Source of the DNA: Chloroflexota bacterium
GTDB taxonomy: Bacteria; Chloroflexota; UBA11872
Assembly (NCBI GenBank): GCA_965198185.1
Contig: CBDAOU010000001.1
Span: forward strand, 302,013-366,012
DNA length: 64,000 nt
Direction of reading: 5' to 3'
Made by a program: the position numbers and the translations under genes. Positions 19,187-30,690 of this stretch are shown here, one piece after another; the stretch's first letter is position 1; each line of letters begins with the position of its first letter. The notes below the pieces were generated by a model. That model made no database searches. It was not told the DNA's origin and was given only the letters and a program-made list of their open reading frames with translations.

Positions 19187-19837
19187 CTAGCGCCATCGAC
19201 CAGGTTCATCGGTGAGAGTGCGCTTCGGCCGGCACGGCTCCGGGGACGCATCCCAGCGGACGGTCGGCGCGGCGGCCGGCGGCGGCGGCGAGGAGCGGCG
19301 GCAGCGTCCACTTCGAGGGCCAGGGCGGCGATGACGGCGCCGGCGGGGGCTGTGAGCAGCGATGACGGCGCCGGCGGGGGCTGTGACGACTGCCGCGACG
19401 ATGCCGCTGGTGAGGTCGGCGTAGGCGCCGAGGACCAGGCGGCCGAAGCCGAGCATGCGCCACTGCAAGCGGCGGCGGAGATGAAGGCGCAGGCCGTGGA
19501 TGGCGGCGGCCCCTAGGGCGCCGAGCGCGAGCCCACCGATGATGGCGGCCGGGTGATCGGGCATGACCGCGGCTCCCGCCAGGCCGCCGGCCACGGGCCG
19601 CAGCACCCAGCCCACGCGGTCCATGAGGCCCCCGCTGCCGGGGAACTTGTCGGCGAAGAGGTCGATGGGCAGGAGCAGCAGGGCGATCAGGAAGACCGCC
19701 CCCGTGCCCACGAAGGCAAAGGCCGGGTTGGGCGTCACCAAGTCCGAGCGCCAGGCGAAGAGCGCGGTGAGCGCCACGGTGACGTAGGGATTGAGGCCGG
19801 CGGCGACGCCCAGGACGGGCGCTTGGAGGAATTCCAT
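19187..19837 (-). CDS. DUF4126-like membrane protein with a frameshifted C-terminal tail
   Basis: N-terminal 160 aa are a polytopic membrane protein. The tail (AHSPRRRRHRRPGPRS...) is Arg-rich out-of-frame read-through caused by the 31-bp tandem duplication at 19328-19389. Confidence 0.55.
   Translation of the reverse strand: MEFLQAPVLGVAAGLNPYVTVALTALFAWRSDLVTPNPAFAFVGTGAVFLIALLLLPIDLFADKFPGSGGLMDRVGWVLRPVAGGLAGAAVMPDHPAAIIGGLALGALGAAAIHGLRLHLRRRLQWRMLGFGRLVLGAYADLTSGIVAAVVTAPAGAVIAAHSPRRRRHRRPGPRSGRCRRSSPPPPAAAPTVRWDASPEPCRPKRTLTDEPGRWR
19328..19389. repeat. 31-bp direct tandem duplication (gcgatgacggcgccggcgggggctgtga + 3 nt) inside the 3' end of the DUF4126 gene
   Basis: Read directly. 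Units start at 19328 and 19359. The period of 31 is not a multiple of 3. Confidence 0.85.
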
Positions 19838-19890
19838 TTAAGGTGTCCGCCTGTCGAATCGGCGCGGTGCGGTGCTGGTCACGGGGCCTG

Positions 19891-19958
19891 GATTCCCGCC
19901 CCGGATCGAGTCCGGGGCAGGCTCTTCGCGGGAACGACGGATGGGGCGGGAATGACGG
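19891..19958. repeat. nested GC hairpin repeat, copy A (gattcccgc-[hairpin]-caggct-cttcgcgggaa-cgacgg plus a partial second arm)
   Basis: gattcccgccccggatcgagtccggggcaggctcttcgcgggaacgacgg atggggcgggaatgacgg. Same architecture as 24421-24468. Confidence 0.7.
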
Positions 19959-20229
19959 GTTCGGGTCCCAGGCTGCGCGCAGCCTGGGCCACCGGACACC
20001 GAATAGATGTCGTCAAAATCGCGACCGGTCATCCCGACTCCGTAGGTTTGCCCGCAGAATGCGCCAGCCTACCGATTTACGATCCGCCTCGTGCGTGTCG
20101 ATCAAACGCATCGGCACGCGTTGACCTTGTACGGTGGGCGCCGCCGCGGTGCCGGCACGTGACACAAGCCGGCCGGAGCAGGCGACTGCACCGACATTAG
20201 GACCGCGATCACGCGGAAGGAGCAATCGG

Positions 20230-20595
20230 ATGGCGAACAGCGTTGTGCATTTCGAAATCAACGGCACGGACGGTCCTGCGCTGCAGAAGTTCTACGGCGA
20301 CCTCTTCGATTGGGAGATCACCTCCGACAACCCCATGGGTTACGGGGTGGTGAGCGCGCCGAGCGACGGCCCCGGTATCGGCGGCGGCATCATGGGCATG
20401 GGCGACGTGGTGCCCCCCACGCGGGTCACGTTCTACGTGGGTGTGGACGACGTGTCCGAATACCTGGAGAAGGCCCAGAGCATGGGCGGCAGCATCGTGA
20501 TGCCCGAGATGGAGGTGATGGAGGACGTGGTCATCGGGATCTTTGCCGACCCCGAAGGACACGTGATCGGCCTGGTCAAGAACATCCCGATGTAG
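20230..20595 (+). CDS. VOC/glyoxalase-like family protein
   Basis: 121 aa from MANSVVHFEINGTDGPALQKFY. Small PhnB/glyoxalase-fold protein pattern. The listed ORF start at 20134 is upstream junk. Confidence 0.6.
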   Translation: MANSVVHFEINGTDGPALQKFYGDLFDWEITSDNPMGYGVVSAPSDGPGIGGGIMGMGDVVPPTRVTFYVGVDDVSEYLEKAQSMGGSIVMPEMEVMEDVVIGIFADPEGHVIGLVKNIPM

Positions 20596-20601
20596 GCGGC
20601 G

Positions 20602-20931
20602 CTACTTGGGCGGCAGGGAGCGGGCGAACGACACGCCCAGCTCCACCCAGCCGGCGAGGTCGGCATCGTCCGCCGTGCCTTCCGGCGCCACCAGCACCCA
20701 GCCGTTCATGGGCCGCCCGCTGAGATCGAAGATGCGCGCATGGGCGTGGGCCAGCGCCTCGTCGAAGCGATCCGGGCCGCAGCGCACCATCAGCTCGTCG
20801 CTCGCGACGCCGACGGCCATGTTGCCGCCCAGCATGAAGGCGATGCCGCCGAACATGCGCCGCTCGGTGAGCCCGTCTTCGTTCGCCAGCGCCTCCCGCA
20901 GTCGCTGTGCCAATCCTTCGTCGTAGGCCAT
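20602..20931 (-). CDS. TfoX N-terminal domain protein
   Basis: 109 aa from MAYDEGLAQRLREAL...ERRMFGGIAFMLGGNMAVGV...LMVR, TfoX_N-like. Confidence 0.6.
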   Translation of the reverse strand: MAYDEGLAQRLREALANEDGLTERRMFGGIAFMLGGNMAVGVASDELMVRCGPDRFDEALAHAHARIFDLSGRPMNGWVLVAPEGTADDADLAGWVELGVSFARSLPPK

Positions 20932-21492
20932 GGGGTCCTCGGCTTGGTGTGTACGGCGCTGGGTCATTTTGCATCCGGCGCCATCCGTGCTTCGTGGGCG
21001 ACCTTCACTTGCGGGCAGGTGTCCGGCGATCGCCTCGATGAGACCGTGGGAGAGCGGGGTCGTCCCCGGCCCGTAGCGCAGGCCCAGAGCCCGAACAGTT
21101 GCCGGGCCACCGCGGCGAGCCCGCATCCGCAAGGTAGGGCCTCAGCGCAGCGGCGCAGACCGGACGTGCGGCATCGATGTCGCCGTCCACCCGCCCTGGC
21201 GGGTCACGTGCCAAGCCGCCCAATGCTGGAGGCCAGTGGCGGCTACGAAGGCGGTGGTGGACGCCTTGGCCGCCACCGGGCTCTGCCGGTGGTGGTGGTT
21301 GCGCGCTCGCCCGCTGATGGGAGAGGGGGCCGGGCGGCACTTCTGGCAGTCATGCTGGGCCCGGGCGTGGCCAGCGATGCCGGAGAGCGCTTGGCGCTGA
21401 TCTAACGTGGTTCGTGACCCGACCGCGCGGGGCGGGCGTCCTAGCTGGTGCGATACTCCACGGGCCGATAGCACTGCTTGCAAAGAGATCCC

Positions 21493-21795
21493 ATGGCCAC
21501 CTTCATTGCTCTGCTCAACCTGCCCGACAGCGATGCCGCCGAGCCCGGATCCCACGCCCACAAACTGGAAGAAGGGGCGCCCGAGACGCGCAAGGTTCTG
21601 GAGGCGCACGGCGGCAGGCTGATCGACATCTACCTGACCATGGGGCAGTTCGACGGCGTGGCGATCATGGAGTTCCCAACCACCGTGGCCTGCGCGCAGG
21701 CGATGATGGCGTTCCGGGAGCGCTTCGGCGGCGGCACGCAGACGATGGAAGCGTTCCCCGAGAGCCAATGGGCGGAGCTGGCCCAAGGGATCTGA
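21493..21795 (+). CDS. GYD domain protein
   Basis: MATFIALLNLPD...GGRLIDIYLTMGQFDGVAIMEFPT matches the GYD family. Confidence 0.65.
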   Translation: MATFIALLNLPDSDAAEPGSHAHKLEEGAPETRKVLEAHGGRLIDIYLTMGQFDGVAIMEFPTTVACAQAMMAFRERFGGGTQTMEAFPESQWAELAQGI

Positions 21796-21956
21796 GGCCG
21801 ACTTCCGCCCAAGGTCAGTTGTTCACGACGCACGAAGCGCCAGGTGACTGGTCGCCCGTGGATGGGCGGGCCTTGATAGCCCCCAAGCAAGCTCGGACTG
21901 GATTCCGGCTTCCGCCGGAATGACAGACCGAAAGCGGCTCACTGCCCGGTTGCGCA

Positions 21957-23174
21957 TTGCGTGTCGCACGGGCCTATCATGCGGCCATGCGCGCAGAGTC
22001 GGCGGCCACTGAACAGGACGCGATTGAGCTTCTGACGGACTTGGTCAGCACGCCGAGCGTGTCGCCCGAGATTCCGGAAGGCACGGGCGAAGCGGCGATG
22101 GCGGCCAAGGTCGCGGCCTATGCCGAAGCCTGCGGAGCGGATGTCGTCTTCCAGGAAGCGCTGCCGGGGCGCGCGAACGTGGTCGGCACGCTCGAAGGCG
22201 ACGCCGGCGCGCCGGTCCTGATGCTGGAAGCGCACATGGACACGGTGGCCCTGGGCGCCATGAAGCGCGGGCACGAGCCGTGGCTCGACGATGTGGGGCT
22301 ACTGCACGGCCGCGGCGCCTGTGACACCAAGGGCTCGCTGGCGGCCATGCTGCTCACGCTGCGCCGCGTATCCCGTGAATCGGCGCGGCCCTGCACGCTG
22401 GTATTGGCGGCCACCGTGGACGAGGAGACCGGCAGCACCGGGGCCGACACCCTGGCCGCCTCGGCTGTCACCGCGGACGGCGCGATCGTGGGCGAACCGA
22501 CGAGCCTTGAGATCGTGCGCGCGCATCGCGGCGGCCGATTTTGGAAGATCACCACCGCCGGCAAGTCGGCGCACAGCTCGCGTCCGGACCTGGGCGACAA
22601 CGCCATCTACCACATGGCCGACGTTATCCAGGTGCTGCGCGAAGAGTTCACGCGGCGCCTGGCCGGCCGCTGGCATCCGCTGTGCGGGGATTCCACGTTC
22701 TCCGCCGGAAGAATCCGCGCGGGCACGTCGTTCAACGTCGTGCCGGACCACTGCGAGCTGATCTTCGACCGCCGGTTCCTGCCGGATGAGGCGCTCGACG
22801 GCGTGGACGCGGAGCTCGAAGAAGTGCTCGCCATCGCGCGCGAGCGGTATCCCGGCCTGCAGGTAGAAGCCGTGCCCGAGGTCGTCGCCGGCTCGCTGGA
22901 CACGCCCGAGGCGGCCGGCGTCGTGCAGGCGCTCATGGCGGCGTGCGAGGCCGTGACCGGACGCGCGGCCATTGCGGGGGCGCCCTATGGCTCGGACGCG
23001 GCGTCGCTGGCGGCCGTCGGAATCCCGAGCGTGCTATGCGGGCCCGGCGATATCGCCGTGGCGCACAGCGAAGACGAATGGGTGCCGGTCGCGGAGGTCG
23101 TGCAGGCGTCGGAGGTGTACTACGCCGCCTGGCGCCAGTTCGCCGACATCCAGGCGAACGGAACCCCGAGCTAG
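21957..23174 (+). CDS. M20 family metallopeptidase (ArgE/DapE-like deacylase)
   Basis: LEAHMDTV, GRGACDTKG and AHSEDEWV motifs. 405 aa. Confidence 0.8.
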   Translation: MRVARAYHAAMRAESAATEQDAIELLTDLVSTPSVSPEIPEGTGEAAMAAKVAAYAEACGADVVFQEALPGRANVVGTLEGDAGAPVLMLEAHMDTVALGAMKRGHEPWLDDVGLLHGRGACDTKGSLAAMLLTLRRVSRESARPCTLVLAATVDEETGSTGADTLAASAVTADGAIVGEPTSLEIVRAHRGGRFWKITTAGKSAHSSRPDLGDNAIYHMADVIQVLREEFTRRLAGRWHPLCGDSTFSAGRIRAGTSFNVVPDHCELIFDRRFLPDEALDGVDAELEEVLAIARERYPGLQVEAVPEVVAGSLDTPEAAGVVQALMAACEAVTGRAAIAGAPYGSDAASLAAVGIPSVLCGPGDIAVAHSEDEWVPVAEVVQASEVYYAAWRQFADIQANGTPS

Positions 23175-23273
23175 CGGACCTGCCGGAGGGTCCCGATCCG
23201 CGCGGTAGCGGACGCGCGGCGGCGGCCGAGGCCGGTGCTAGTCTGGCCCGTGCCGCGCCCCGCGTGAGGTGAC

Positions 23274-24344
23274 ATGCTTTCCGATCCCCGAGTCGAACGC
23301 CTGGCCGAGATCCTGGTGCATCACTCGACGAAGCTGCAGGCGGGCGAACTGGTGGCCATCATGGGGCCGGCTGAGGCCAAGCCGCTGATGCTGTCCTGCT
23401 ACCGCCTCGCACTCGAGGCGGGCGCCCATCCGCGCATGAGCGTGACGTTCGAGGAGACCGAGGTGCTCTTCCTGCGGAATGCGTCGGAGGAGCAGCTGAG
23501 CCACCTGGACCCGGTGCGCAAGTTCGAGGCCGACACCATCGACGCGGCCATCCGCATCCGCGCCGCCAGCAACACTCGCGCGCTCACCAGCAGCGATACG
23601 AGCAAGATCGGGACGGTGATGACCGCCTCGCGGCCCGTGATGAACCAGATCATCGAGAACGTGCGCTGGGTGCTCTGCGACTACCCCACCGACGCCTTTG
23701 CCCAAGAGGCCGAGATGGCGCTGGACGAGTACGCGGACTTTCTGTTCGGCGCCACCAACATCGACTGGTCCGCGATGGAGGCGGAGCTGACCCGCATCAA
23801 GGCGCGATTGGAGGGGGGGAGTGAAATCCGCATCGTTGCGCCGGAAACCGACCTGACGCTGCGCGTGGAGGGGCGAATCTGGGAGCCGGCGGCGGGCACG
23901 CACAACATGCCGGACGGGGAGATCTTCACCGCGCCGATCGAGGACGCCACCGAGGGACACATTCGTTACGAGTTTCCGGCCATCTACCAGGGACGCGAGG
24001 TGCAGGGCATCCGGCTCGACTTCGCCGGCGGAAAAATCGTGGCGGCGACGGCGGACAAGGGCCAGGAGTTCCTCACGGACATTCTCGACACGGACCCGGG
24101 CGCCCGGCGGCTGGGTGAAATCGGCATTGGCACGAACTTCGGCATCCAGCGCCACACGAAGAACATCCTGTTCGACGAGAAGATGGGCGGCACGGTGCAT
24201 CTGGCCATCGGTCGGGCCTATGAGTTCACGGGCGGGCGCAACGAGTCGGCCGTGCACTGGGACATGATCAAGGACCTGCGGCAGGACGGCGCGCTGTATC
24301 TCGACGGCGAATTGATCCAGCAGGATGGACGGTTCTTGATCTAG
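23274..24344 (+). CDS. M29 family aminopeptidase (AmpS/aminopeptidase T-like)
   Basis: 356 aa with MPDGEIFTAP, GEIGIGTN and HLAIGRAYE motifs. Confidence 0.8.
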   Translation: MLSDPRVERLAEILVHHSTKLQAGELVAIMGPAEAKPLMLSCYRLALEAGAHPRMSVTFEETEVLFLRNASEEQLSHLDPVRKFEADTIDAAIRIRAASNTRALTSSDTSKIGTVMTASRPVMNQIIENVRWVLCDYPTDAFAQEAEMALDEYADFLFGATNIDWSAMEAELTRIKARLEGGSEIRIVAPETDLTLRVEGRIWEPAAGTHNMPDGEIFTAPIEDATEGHIRYEFPAIYQGREVQGIRLDFAGGKIVAATADKGQEFLTDILDTDPGARRLGEIGIGTNFGIQRHTKNILFDEKMGGTVHLAIGRAYEFTGGRNESAVHWDMIKDLRQDGALYLDGELIQQDGRFLI

Positions 24345-24420
24345 CCCCGGGGTCGCCGGTGCAAGGCCTCCAGAGTCTTGCTGGGGGCGATGGCAGGCGG
24401 ATTGCGGTCGGCTGAGTGTA

Positions 24421-24468
24421 GATTCCCGCTCCCCGCCTACGCGGGGACAGGCTTCGCGGGAATGACGG
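24421..24468. repeat. nested GC hairpin repeat, copy B
   Basis: gattcccgctccccgcctacgcggggacaggcttcgcgggaatgacgg. Inner hairpin tccccgc-ctac-gcgggga inside outer attcccgc...gcgggaat. Confidence 0.7.
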
Positions 24469-24791
24469 ATCAAAGTGCTCCACGTCCGCCCATGTGGCCG
24501 CTTAGTTTATGTAGCTACAAGATCCAAATCAGCGTGGCTGTGGCAGCGCCGAGAGCCCCGGCTGTGATACCATTAAGCGTGCAAGTTGGCGGTGCGAAAC
24601 TCTTACGAATTGACCGGGCGGGCTCGTCTCGCGCCGATTGTCGCCCCTTCTGATTGACGCTTCAGCATGGGGTGTGACGCAACCGCCCGTAGGCCATGTG
24701 GCATCGTGTGTCCGCGCTGGCAGTGGCCCGTGCCCTCCGGCTGCCCGTTCGACTGGCGTTTTGCTTAGACAAAACATCGCGCAACCCGTGA

Positions 24792-26708
<1,917 letters not shown>

Positions 26709-26731
26709 GCGGAGGTTGCGTCCTGCATCTT

Positions 26732-27733
26732 GTGGCTCCCCGAATCGCGCTTGACGCGATGGGCGGCGACTATGCGCCGGCGGAAACCGTGCGCGGCGCT
26801 CTGGCCGCGCAACGGGAGGCGGGCGTAACGCCGCTTCTCATTGGGGACGAAACCGCGCTCCGCGCGCAGCTGGACGCCGACGGCGTTGAGGCGGCGCCGT
26901 GGCAGATCGTGCATGTTCCGGAGGCCGTGGCCATGGACGAGCACGCGGTCGCGGCGGTGCGCTCGCGGCGGCCGACATCGATCCGTAAAGCGTCCGAGAT
27001 GCTGAGTGCGAACGAGGTCGATGCGGTCGTGACGATGGGTCACACCGGGGCGGCCGTGGCGGCCGGCGTGCTGATCGTCGGGCGGCTGCCAGACGTCGAG
27101 CGCCCGGGTCTGGGCGTCCTGCTCCCGGCACGCGATCCGCGTCCCCTCCTGATCGACGTGGGCGCGAATGCCGAGGCGCGTCCACGGCATCTAGCGCAGT
27201 TTGCGGTGATGGGGCGCGTCTATCAGGAGCGCCTGCAGGGCATCGCAAATCCCCGGGTAGGGCTGCTGAGCATCGGCGAGGAGGAGTCAAAGGGGAATGC
27301 GCTGGTGCACGAGGCCGCGGCCATGCTCGCATCGGGCAGCGTGAACTACGTTGGCCACGTGGACCCGGCCCACATCTTTCACGATGAGACCGACGTGATC
27401 GTGTGCGACGGGTTCACCGGCAACGTGGTGATCAAGACGGCGGAAGCCACGGCGGAATACGCATTTGGCGAGTTGCGGGTCGAGGTTGAAAAGCGCTCGC
27501 TGGCGAAGCTGGCGGCGCTCGGTCTGCGGCCGGCGTTTCGCGCCCTGCGGCGGCGGATTGACTATGCGGAGATCGGGGCCACGCCCTTGCTGGGCCTCAA
27601 GGGCCTGCTGCTGATCGGCCACGGGCGATCGAAGGCGCCCGCCGTGACCAACGCGCTGCTGGCGGCCGACCGCGCGGTCCGAGCGAAGCTGGTGCCCACC
27701 ATCGCAACCGGGCTGGAAGCGGCGACAACCTAG
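26732..27733 (+). CDS. plsX: phosphate acyltransferase PlsX
   Basis: IALDAMGGDYAP N-terminus and family-wide similarity. Non-ATG start. Confidence 0.85.
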   Translation: MAPRIALDAMGGDYAPAETVRGALAAQREAGVTPLLIGDETALRAQLDADGVEAAPWQIVHVPEAVAMDEHAVAAVRSRRPTSIRKASEMLSANEVDAVVTMGHTGAAVAAGVLIVGRLPDVERPGLGVLLPARDPRPLLIDVGANAEARPRHLAQFAVMGRVYQERLQGIANPRVGLLSIGEEESKGNALVHEAAAMLASGSVNYVGHVDPAHIFHDETDVIVCDGFTGNVVIKTAEATAEYAFGELRVEVEKRSLAKLAALGLRPAFRALRRRIDYAEIGATPLLGLKGLLLIGHGRSKAPAVTNALLAADRAVRAKLVPTIATGLEAATT

Positions 27734-27943
27734 CGGCGCTCCTCGGCCGACGCCCGAGGGTGCGGCACGCGCATCGCGAACAGGTGCGACCGGGTCACGA
27801 CGGGGCGTACTGTGTCGCGTTACCCACGGCAACAGCGTCCACCGCATGCCACCATGGGCCTCACCTATGTCCCGATTTGCCACCTTCGGATGCGCCGTCT
27901 GGCGACAGCAACTGCCGTCGCGGCGCCCCATGGCCCGCGTTCG

Positions 27944-28933
27944 ATGGATCCAATGAACGGCTCGGGGCACCACAGGCAGTCGTCGTCGCGACGTTCGCGA
28001 CGCCGGGTGCTCCAGGGAGGCGGCCTGGCCCTCGCGGCCGGAGTGGCACAGGCATGCGATGCCTGGTCGGTGGTGGGCAAGGCCGACGACCGCTACCCAG
28101 GGGGATCGCCCTTCGCCATCGAGGCGCTGCGCGCACGGGACTACCGGGCGGGCGACATCCGGCTGCACCGCACGCTCAACCAGCGCCCCAGCTATACGAC
28201 CTACGCCATCACGTACCGCTCGGACGACTTGCTGCTCACGGGGGTGGCGACGATTCCGAAATCGGCCGGACCGCACCCTGTCGTCGTGCTGAACCACGGA
28301 TTCATGCTGCCGGTGCAGTACGACAGCGGCGACGGCACCCGGGCCATGGCCGCCGAGCTGTCGCCGCGTGGCTTCATCACGCTCGCCAGCGACTATCGAG
28401 GACATGGCGGGTCCGAGGACGACACGCGGCTGAATTCGGGCGCGCGGCTCGAGTTCGCCATCGACGTGCTCAATCTCGTCGCCTCGATTCCCTCGCTACC
28501 CGACGCCCAACACGAGCGCGTGGGCATGTGGGGCCATAGCCTGGGATGCGACCTGGCCCTGCGTGCCGCGGAGGTCGACGCGCGGGTACAGCCGGTGGGG
28601 ATGTGGGCGCCGTTGAGCGCGTGGGCGGAGGACCTGGTGGACTACTACCGGCTCCCGACGCTGTCGTCGTCAAAGGACCTGCGCCACGCGCTATCGCCGG
28701 GGAACTTTCTGAACTATCTCGTCGGACCGGTGACGATCCATCAGGGCGCGGCCGATCTTGCCGTCAAGCCTCGGTGGGCGGCACGGCTGCACGAGGCGCT
28801 GAACGAGGCGGGGGTGGAGAGCGAGTTGACGATTCATCCCGGCGTGGGGCACTACCTGACCCTGAACGCTCGGCGGGCGGTGACCGCAACGGCGGACTTC
28901 TTCGAGCGCGAACTCCTGCACGACGCCAGGTGA
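27944..28933 (+). CDS. Tat-secreted alpha/beta hydrolase (prolyl oligopeptidase/S9-like)
   Basis: Twin-arginine signal SRRSRRRVLQGGGLALAAGVAQA. GHSLG nucleophile elbow. Confidence 0.65.
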   Translation: MDPMNGSGHHRQSSSRRSRRRVLQGGGLALAAGVAQACDAWSVVGKADDRYPGGSPFAIEALRARDYRAGDIRLHRTLNQRPSYTTYAITYRSDDLLLTGVATIPKSAGPHPVVVLNHGFMLPVQYDSGDGTRAMAAELSPRGFITLASDYRGHGGSEDDTRLNSGARLEFAIDVLNLVASIPSLPDAQHERVGMWGHSLGCDLALRAAEVDARVQPVGMWAPLSAWAEDLVDYYRLPTLSSSKDLRHALSPGNFLNYLVGPVTIHQGAADLAVKPRWAARLHEALNEAGVESELTIHPGVGHYLTLNARRAVTATADFFERELLHDAR

Positions 28934-29469
28934 CGACGCACCACGGCGACCATGGCGAAACGAGCCTGTTCGATGGCGCCCGCGTGGAGAAGGTCGACGC
29001 GCGGATCGAGGCGCTGGGCGCGGTGGACGAGCTCAACTCGTGGCTGGGCTTTGCCGCGGCGCAGCCCGACGTCGCCGGCGTGGGCGACCGGCTGCGCTGG
29101 GTCCAGGAGCGGCTGCTCGAGGTCGGCGCGGACCTGGCCAATCCCGGCGGCCGCGCCCGCAGCACCTCGCTGGCGCCGGGGTCGCTACAGACGCTGGATG
29201 CCTGGCTGGCCGAATACCGCGACGCGCTCCCACCACTGCGGCACTTCATCCTGCCCGGCGGGCACCCGCTCGCCGCCGCGCTGCAAGTTGCTCGCTCGGT
29301 GTGCCGCCGCGCCGAACGCGGCGTATGGCGCGTGGTGACGGATCCCGCGCCGGAAGGCTCGCCGGTGTTTCTCAACCGGCTGTCCGACGTGCTCTTCGAG
29401 ATGGCCCGCGCGGCCAACGCCGCCGCCGGCACCGAGGATCCCCAGTGGCGCGGGCGGGGCGATGTCTAG
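28930..29469 (+). CDS. ATP:cob(I)alamin adenosyltransferase, PduO type
   Basis: GTG overlaps the upstream stop (GTGA). TTHHGDHGETSLFDG at the N-terminus; GGHPLAAALQVARSVCRRAER... C-terminus. Confidence 0.75.
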   Translation: MTTHHGDHGETSLFDGARVEKVDARIEALGAVDELNSWLGFAAAQPDVAGVGDRLRWVQERLLEVGADLANPGGRARSTSLAPGSLQTLDAWLAEYRDALPPLRHFILPGGHPLAAALQVARSVCRRAERGVWRVVTDPAPEGSPVFLNRLSDVLFEMARAANAAAGTEDPQWRGRGDV

Positions 29470-29729
29470 CTTGTCTGCACTAACGTAGGCGCCCGTCTAC
29501 ACCTTCAGGCTTTCCGGTATTCGCCATCAGTCGCTCGCGGAGCCGGCGCGAGCTTCGCGCCGCATCTCCCAGCCGGTAGCAGCATTGGGTGATCGACTTG
29601 ACGATCCGCTGCCATCGTCCTGCGCGAGCGGGCTGCTCGTGATGCCCTCCGACTACAGCTTTGTCGGCGGGCCGAAGGTCAACCGTTGTATGATCTCGGG
29701 TTATATGCGGAGGACGCGAGGCTAGACCA

Positions 29730-30251
29730 GTGATTACGCAGCTATTTGGCGGACGGATTCCACCTCTGCTTCGCAATATCTTCAGCTTTCCGAATCCGGT
29801 CAACGAAGTGGCTGCAAGGATCGTAGCTGGAATGGTAGTCATCCTATCCATTATTGTATTAGTAACCGGTCAGTGGTGGTTGATGTTTCTCCTTGCGTAT
29901 GGCTTTCTGGCCAGAGTAGCCACCGGGCCTACGCTAAGCCCGATGGGCCTGCTGGCGACCAGGGTGATCGCGCCGCGAATTGCTCAACAGCGGCTCGTCC
30001 CGGGGCCGCCGAAGCGCTTTGCTCAAGCGGTGGGGCTTATTTTCTCGATGACCGCACTGGTGTTGCACTTCGTCGCAGGATTGTCGGTGGCAGCTGGCGC
30101 CGTCTTGGCGGTGCTGACCGTATTTGCCGCGCTTGAGTCATTTCTGGGTTTCTGCGCCGGATGCTTTGTGTTCAACTACATGATTCGCTGGGGGTTGGTG
30201 CCGAAGTCGGTCTGCGAGGAATGCCTAAACTTTGACTCGACACGGACATAG
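29730..30251 (+). CDS. DUF4395 family membrane protein (lower-GC insert)
   Basis: 173 aa with four TM helices and C-terminal C..C.....C motifs (FCAGCFVFNYMIRWGLVPKSVCEEC). Local GC is visibly lower than the flanks. Confidence 0.55.
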   Translation: MITQLFGGRIPPLLRNIFSFPNPVNEVAARIVAGMVVILSIIVLVTGQWWLMFLLAYGFLARVATGPTLSPMGLLATRVIAPRIAQQRLVPGPPKRFAQAVGLIFSMTALVLHFVAGLSVAAGAVLAVLTVFAALESFLGFCAGCFVFNYMIRWGLVPKSVCEECLNFDSTRT

Positions 30252-30357
30252 GCAGCTCTTTGACCACCGTCGCAAGCGTTCCGCATCACACGAACATTGG
30301 CGGGGCGCATGGCGGTTCGACAGCCTGAGTCAGTCCGCGATTCCCGCGATGCAGACC

Positions 30358-30540
30358 GCCCGTTCCATCTGCCGCCGCGCCGAACGCGACGTGTGGCGCG
30401 TGGTGACGGAGCCGGTGCAGGAAGCCTCGCCGGGGTTCCCTAACCGGCTGCCGGACGTGCTCTTCGAGATGGCCCGCGCAACCAACGCCGCCGCCGGCAC
30501 CGAGGATCCGCAGTGGCGCGGGCGGGCGGAGAGCCCGTAA
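30358..30540 (+). pseudogene. 3' fragment of a second PduO-type adenosyltransferase gene (diverged direct repeat of 29293-29469)
   Basis: ARSICRRAERDVWRVVTEPVQEASPGFPNRLPDVLFEMARATNAAAGTEDPQWRGR versus ARSVCRRAERGVWRVVTDPAPEGSPVFLNRLSDVLFEMARAANAAAGTEDPQWRGR in the intact gene. Roughly 89% nucleotide identity over ~150 bp. Confidence 0.75.
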
Positions 30541-30690
30541 GCCGGACGACCATGGCATTGCGAGGGCGGAATGCTCTTGTGAGTGGTAGATGGGAGTCCC
30601 TGAATATGCCCGCCGCGCCAACCTGATAGACGGCTAGGCGGCGCGGGCGCCGTGCATGGATTGTGCATGGATGGGGTCGCAAAGCGTGGC

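Noticed and set aside
29480-29851. 123-aa ORF antisense to the start of the DUF4395 gene
   Set aside because: It overlaps the better-supported plus-strand membrane-protein gene and has low-complexity composition.
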